A stretch of 61,021 nucleotides of DNA from an uncultured Rhodobacterales bacterium (GTDB taxonomy: Bacteria > Pseudomonadota > Alphaproteobacteria > Rhodobacterales > CAZPXZ01): assembly GCA_964590405.1 (NCBI GenBank), contig CAZPXZ010000005.1, forward strand, positions 1 to 61,021, given 5' to 3'. How positions within the stretch are numbered: position 1 is the first letter of the stretch; every line of letters starts with the position of its first letter. A model generated the notes under the pieces. That model made no database searches. It was given only the letters and a program-made list of their open reading frames with translations, and was not told the DNA's origin. Of this stretch, positions 56,588 to 61,021 are shown one piece after another. The translations under genes and the position numbers were made by a program.

Positions 56588-57472
56588 ATGACAGATGTCC
56601 CGGCCTATGAACCCCCGAGAGTCTGGAAATGGGACCGCGAGAGCGGCGGCCAGTTCTCCTCCATCAACCGCCCCATCGCTGGCGCAACGCACGAGGCGGA
56701 ACTGCCGCGGGGCAAGCACCCACTTCAACTCTATTCGCTTGCAACGCCCAATGGCGTGAAGGTTACGGTAATGCTGGAAGAACTGCTGGCAGCCGGGCAT
56801 GCAGGTGCCGAATACGATGCCTATGTCATCAATATAGGAGATGGTGATCAGTTCGGATCCGGCTTTGTGGAGATCAATCCGAATTCGAAGATCCCGGCTC
56901 TCGTGGACTACTCGCTGCCAAAGCCGACCAGGGTGTTCGAATCCGGGGCAATCCTCCTCTACCTGGCCGAAAAGTTCGGTGCCTTCCTGCCGGAGGACCC
57001 TTCGGACCGGGCCGAGTGCCTGTCCTGGCTCTTCTGGCAAATGGGTTCAGCACCGTATCTCGGGGGCGGCTTCGGGCATTTCTATGCGTATGCACCGTAC
57101 AAGATGGAGTATCCCATCGATCGCTACACCATGGAGGCCAAGCGCCAACTCGACGTTCTCGACAAGCGATTGGCGGAGACCCGTTTCATATCCGGGGATA
57201 GCTACACCATCGCCGATATCGCGATCTGGCCGTGGTACGGTGTCCTGACAACCGGCAAAATCTACGACGCGGGTGAGTTCCTCTCGGTACGTGAATACAC
57301 GAATGTTGTTCGCTGGCACGACGAAATTGCCGCGCGCGACGCGGTCGTTCGTGGACGCATGGTCAACCGGATCAGCGGTTCACCGGAGCACCAGCTGCGT
57401 GAACGCCATGACGCGTCGGACTTCGAACTTCGCACGCAGGACAAGTTGGAAACAACGGAAACCGAGACGTAG
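56588..57472 (+). CDS. YghU-type (Nu-class) glutathione S-transferase
   Basis: 294 aa. Y.PP.VW.W....GG.F..INRP.AG...E..LP.GKHPLQLYSL.TPNG.KV is the N-terminus I associate with YghU/YfcG-class GSTs. Confidence 0.8.
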   Translation: MTDVPAYEPPRVWKWDRESGGQFSSINRPIAGATHEAELPRGKHPLQLYSLATPNGVKVTVMLEELLAAGHAGAEYDAYVINIGDGDQFGSGFVEINPNSKIPALVDYSLPKPTRVFESGAILLYLAEKFGAFLPEDPSDRAECLSWLFWQMGSAPYLGGGFGHFYAYAPYKMEYPIDRYTMEAKRQLDVLDKRLAETRFISGDSYTIADIAIWPWYGVLTTGKIYDAGEFLSVREYTNVVRWHDEIAARDAVVRGRMVNRISGSPEHQLRERHDASDFELRTQDKLETTETET

Positions 57473-57584
57473 ACACGCAGGGCACAAGACACGGTCAACA
57501 GGAAGGCGGCTGAAATCAAACCGGATCGAGCGAGTTGACCGGAAGTGGCCACTAGTGCGCTCGATCCAGGGCCTTCAATGGCCC

Positions 57585-59113
57585 CTACCGAGAGTACTCG
57601 AAGAGGGACCATGCAGATTCTCCAGGTTCAACAACCCATTCCAGCAAGCGGTAGTGTCGTGTGCACGGCATTACCCAGTTTTCAGCATGTTCGTCAAGCA
57701 AGGAAATCAGACGGTTCCAGAACCGCATGCAGGTTTGACGCGCATCGGTGCGGAAGCAGGGCCAAAAGGTGGACCAAATCCTTGGCCAGGCGCGATAGCG
57801 GCTAGTGAACTGCCACTGTCGGGGCCTGCGGCAGAACGGTTCACCACGACCGTAATTGTGCGCTTACGCGAGCGGTGGTTTGGTCGATTGGTCGGCGTTG
57901 AACCGGCGGTAGGCGCCCAACAATGCGCCTCGGCGAGTGGACAGGTTCTACTGGGGAAGGGGTTTACGAGGCCCTGACCGAGCATGTCGGTGTACGAACC
58001 GACTGCAATTCCTCCATCACGTTCGCCTCGCACCAGCAATTGGTCCGGGCATTCGAAGACTCGCCCGGCCGCCCGACATCTTGCTCCCTATTCCTTCCAA
58101 CCGCCGAGTAGCTCGTGCAGAAGCGAACTCCCCGCAGAGTCCTCTCTTTCGAAGGCGTTGCCCGTTGCCGCCACGTCAGGTCCGAAGCGAGCTGCCCACG
58201 ATCCGTTGTCGTCGCAACCCGCGAAGTTACCCCCGTCTGTTCTTATCTCGCTGACCGACAGCCGATCGCCGCGACGCTGGTAATTCTGACATGGGTTCCG
58301 CCAGGCGCTCGTTGATACAGATTGGAGAATTTGCCAGAGGAGTCCGTTGCGGACGTCCCGAAATCCGCAACCATGGAAGAGTCGCCTTGGAAAGGAACAC
58401 GGCCGGAAGAAACGCTCATGCTGGGCCTTGCGGCTTCGCACCCCAAGACATGGAAATATGGGAGTCTTCACGGCAAAGGACAGTCTTGTCGCCGGGCTGT
58501 TCAGCAGCCCTCACCCTTCCGTCATAGGTAGCCGCTCCACTGACCGGCATTGGTCTCCGTCGCAGTTCCGAGCACGAGGACAGGCTCGCTGGAACTCTCA
58601 TGGTCCTCCCGCCGCTCGACGAAAGATAGATCGGCATTCGCCGCGAAATCCGCATTCGGCCAACCGTACACGTCCAGGTAGTCGAACTACGCGGCAGGAT
58701 CCACCTAGAATCCCGCATTCTCTTCTGACCGGGTCCAAGCTTCCGCTTCGATGCCGAAGCGCCTGATGAAGACATCCGGAAACTCGGGATTGCTTCCTGG
58801 GTCGGCTCATCGTGAACTCGACCGTCCTGCCGTTTGCCGTCATCCTCGACATCCCTCGGCCGCGTTCCCCAAGGCTGCCGGCAGTCCTGCCAGACACTTG
58901 CCCCGGGGGCATCAAGCAGCAGCGCTACGCGCAGACGGGCTCACGGTTGAACCGGAACGTTTCACTTCTCATACCGGGCTGGTTCATTACCCGCAGCGAC
59001 ACGCCGTCCAAGCCTCCGGCGCCCGGTCGTGGATATCCCGGTGGACAGTCCGAATTCATGATCAAACAGGGCCGACTCTCGCGCAACGCCCGCAGCACCT
59101 CGTGCTCCGCGAC
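57585..59113 (-). pseudogene. decayed coding remnants of unknown family
   Basis: Protein-like minus-strand stretches lie scattered over three frames and are broken by stops, e.g. FPDVFIRRFGIEAEAWTRSEENAGF*VDPAA*FDYLDVYGWPNADFAANADLSFVERRE and ..FWNRLISLLDEHAENWVMPCTRHYRLLEWVVEPGESAWSLFEYSR*. No intact ORF has a start and RBS. Confidence 0.35.
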
Positions 59114-61021
59114 CTAGGCGCCTGTCGCTGACTCGGTGGTTACGTTTCGGGTGCGGGAATATTCGAAGCCCAATACACAGAACAGGATTAGGGCAGCAAC
59201 AGCCGAGGTCCAAATCGCAGGCGCCACGACAAGAAGGACCACCACCACCAACAGTCCCAGTTTGGGCAGCGACAGTGCGCGGAACGCATACCGTTCGCCG
59301 AGGGCAGCCATGCTGATCACGGCGACGATTCCTCCTGCTGCAGCCACGGCCACCTGCCAGAGCGGCGAACTCTGCCAGAGCACCAGCGCCGGGGCGAAGA
59401 CGAATACGAAGGGCACCACATACGCTGCCATGCCGAGCCGCATCGCGGTGAAGCCCGATTTCATCAACGGCGCATTGGCAATTCCCGCCCCGACATAGGC
59501 CGCGAGCGCTACCGGTGGCGTAATCGCCGAGACCCCGCCCCAGTAATAGCAGAAGAGATGCGCGACAAGCGGCGGTAACCCCATCTCGACGAGGCTCGGC
59601 GCCGCCAGAGTCGCGGTGATGATGTAGACCGATGTCGTCGGCAGGCCGAAGCTGAGAAAGAGCGACGCTCCAGCTGCGAGCAGCAAAGCAGGCAGCAGGT
59701 TGCCATCAGCGATACCGATAATGGATTGCGTCATCAGGAGGCCGATCCCGGAAAGTGCTGCTGCACCCACGATGAACCCTACCGCGGCGCAAGCGATCGC
59801 GGTCGAGATGGTGTTGCGTGCGCCCAGCACCAGTGCGTCGACGATGTCCCGAAGGCTCATCCGTGTATGCGCCCTCAGAGCGCTGATGACGATCACACCG
59901 AAGATCGAGAAAAAGGCGGCAAAGAGCGCCGTGAAGCCAAAGAGCAGCATCCCGATCAGAAGGAAGATTGGCAGCACCAGATGGCCATGCGACAGTACAA
60001 CGTCGCGGACGATGGGTAACCGGTCGCGCGGCAGGCCTTGCATCCCGAGCTTCCGCGCTCGCAGATGCACCTGAAGATAGACTGCAGCATAGTAAAGTAC
60101 CGCGGGCAGGATTGCCCCGAGGGCGACCTGCGCATACGGCATCTGCAAGTATTCGGCCATGATGAAGGCCGACGCCCCCATGACCGGGGGCAGGAACTGT
60201 CCGCCGCAGGACGCCACGGCCTCCACCGCAGCGGCAAAATACCCCTTGAAGCCTAGCCGCATCATCAGCGGGATCGTGAAGACGCCGGTGGAGGCGACGT
60301 TAGCCGCAGACGATCCTTGGATCATGCCCATCATGCCGCTGGCGAGGATGCCCACCTTTGCCGGCCCGCCGGGGCTGTGACCGGCCGCGGCAAAGGCGAG
60401 GTTGGTGAAAAAGGTCGTCGTGCCCGACTTCTGCAGAAAGGCACCGAAAAGGATGAACAGATAGACATAGGTCGCCGACACGCCCACCGCGACGCCGAAG
60501 ATCCCCTCGGTAGACATGTACATCTGGCGGATTATCCGCTCGTAACTAAACCCGCCATGGGCCAGCACGCCCGGCAGGCTCGGCCCGAAGTACAAATAGG
60601 ACAGGAAGATCACCGACAGCACCACGAGGAACATCCCGATCGTCCGCCGTGCCGCCTCGAGCACGACGAGACAGAAGACCGTTCCTACCACGACATCGGT
60701 CTCGGTGGGATATCCGCCGCGCATCACAATGTCGAGGTAGTTGTAGGCGAGGTAATAGGCCGATCCGGCGCCTACCAGGGCAAGAATTACATCGGTAATG
60801 CCCGGATTGCCCGCTAGTCGTGACTTTGCTGCCGGGTAGAGCAGAAAACCGAGAAACAGCATGAACGCCATGTGGATCGGCCGCTGCTCCATAGCTGGAA
60901 GCGGCCGATATCCGGCGGTGTACAGGTGAAAGAGCGAGGCTACCACCGCGACGGCGGCAAAAATGAACGCCCAGTGCGCGGTCAATTGTCGCGTAGTTGA
61001 GGGGACCTCGCTCTGGCCTTG
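59114..61021 (-). CDS. TRAP transporter fused permease (TAXI-type, DctQM fusion); 5' end probably beyond the window
   Basis: At least 623 aa and highly polytopic. SLFHLYTAGYRPLPAMEQRPIHMAF is typical of fused TRAP permeases. The reading frame stays open upstream of the TTG at 60985 to the window edge. Confidence 0.8.
   Translation of the reverse strand, partial: QGQSEVPSTTRQLTAHWAFIFAAVAVVASLFHLYTAGYRPLPAMEQRPIHMAFMLFLGFLLYPAAKSRLAGNPGITDVILALVGAGSAYYLAYNYLDIVMRGGYPTETDVVVGTVFCLVVLEAARRTIGMFLVVLSVIFLSYLYFGPSLPGVLAHGGFSYERIIRQMYMSTEGIFGVAVGVSATYVYLFILFGAFLQKSGTTTFFTNLAFAAAGHSPGGPAKVGILASGMMGMIQGSSAANVASTGVFTIPLMMRLGFKGYFAAAVEAVASCGGQFLPPVMGASAFIMAEYLQMPYAQVALGAILPAVLYYAAVYLQVHLRARKLGMQGLPRDRLPIVRDVVLSHGHLVLPIFLLIGMLLFGFTALFAAFFSIFGVIVISALRAHTRMSLRDIVDALVLGARNTISTAIACAAVGFIVGAAALSGIGLLMTQSIIGIADGNLLPALLLAAGASLFLSFGLPTTSVYIITATLAAPSLVEMGLPPLVAHLFCYYWGGVSAITPPVALAAYVGAGIANAPLMKSGFTAMRLGMAAYVVPFVFVFAPALVLWQSSPLWQVAVAAAGGIVAVISMAALGERYAFRALSLPKLGLLVVVVLLVVAPAIWTSAVAALILFCVLGFEYSRTRNVTTESATGA

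Noticed and set aside
57585-57730. An IS5-family transposase C-terminus (..YRLLEWVVEPGESAW.. compared with ..RWVVERTFAW..)
   Set aside because: The similarity is limited to a few residues. There are no DDE motif context, no inverted repeats and no upstream transposase body, so I did not call a mobile element.
1-61021. CRISPR arrays, intact IS elements, integrases, prophage genes and known defence systems (RM, CBASS, retrons, Abi and others)
   Set aside because: Reading both strands, I found no regularly spaced direct repeats and no ORF with the corresponding signature motifs. The only toxin-antitoxin trace is the decayed Doc-like remnant.

Overview
This is a 61,021-bp, visibly G+C-rich bacterial chromosomal segment. 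Gene content and synteny point to an alphaproteobacterium (inference): a maf-aroE-coaE-dnaQ block, MetZ, MatB, a TSUP plus TIGR02186-like pair, and TctC/TRAP transport genes. I call about 50 apparently intact CDS, 3 tRNA genes, 2 hairpin terminators and several decayed genes. Layout from left to right: (i) 1-3.5 kb holds unknown and decayed genes, including a TctC::SDR deletion scar. (ii) 3.6-14.2 kb is a tightly packed plus-strand acyl-CoA operon: PrpD-family protein, family III CoA-transferase, two crotonases, an embedded TSUP permease, malonyl-CoA synthetase MatB, a 4x rhodanese protein, an FAD oxidase and a double MaoC. (iii) 14.3-14.6 kb is a tRNA-Lys(UUU) gene split in its anticodon by a 215-nt Azoarcus-like group I intron. 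(iv) tldD-pmbA follow. (v) 17.65-20.5 kb is a gene graveyard with a Doc-like toxin remnant, frameshifted genes and a truncated TIM-barrel isomerase. (vi) Next come the TSUP/TIGR02186-like pair, metZ, trkH and tRNA-Glu. (vii) A ~0.5-kb AT-rich gap with clustered DnaA boxes is a candidate oriC. It is followed by maf-aroE-coaE-dnaQ-uvrC-pgsA-moaDE and tRNA-Gln. (viii) 32.6-40.5 kb is a sugar cluster: lyxose/mannose-type isomerase, EF-hand protein, single-NBD CUT2 ABC system, PfkB kinase, aldolase-fold protein and ribokinase. (ix) 40.7-45.5 kb is an accessory-looking block: a short SbmA/BacA-like transporter, a secreted helical protein, an ERG6-type sterol C-24 methyltransferase homologue with one frameshift, and a phytochelatin-synthase-like protein. 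(x) The right end carries an oxidoreductase, an isomerase-like protein, a di-haem peroxidase, a Sel1 protein, TRAP DctPQM, an ECF sigma with anti-sigma-VWA partner, a YghU-type GST, ~1.5 kb of decayed DNA, and a fused TRAP permease that runs off the right edge. I saw no CRISPR array, intact IS, integrase or recognisable defence system. The three most noteworthy items are the intron-containing tRNA-Lys, the bacterial SMT homologue beside a PCS-like gene, and the candidate origin. All family calls were made by eye from motifs and remembered sequences, and start codons are approximate.
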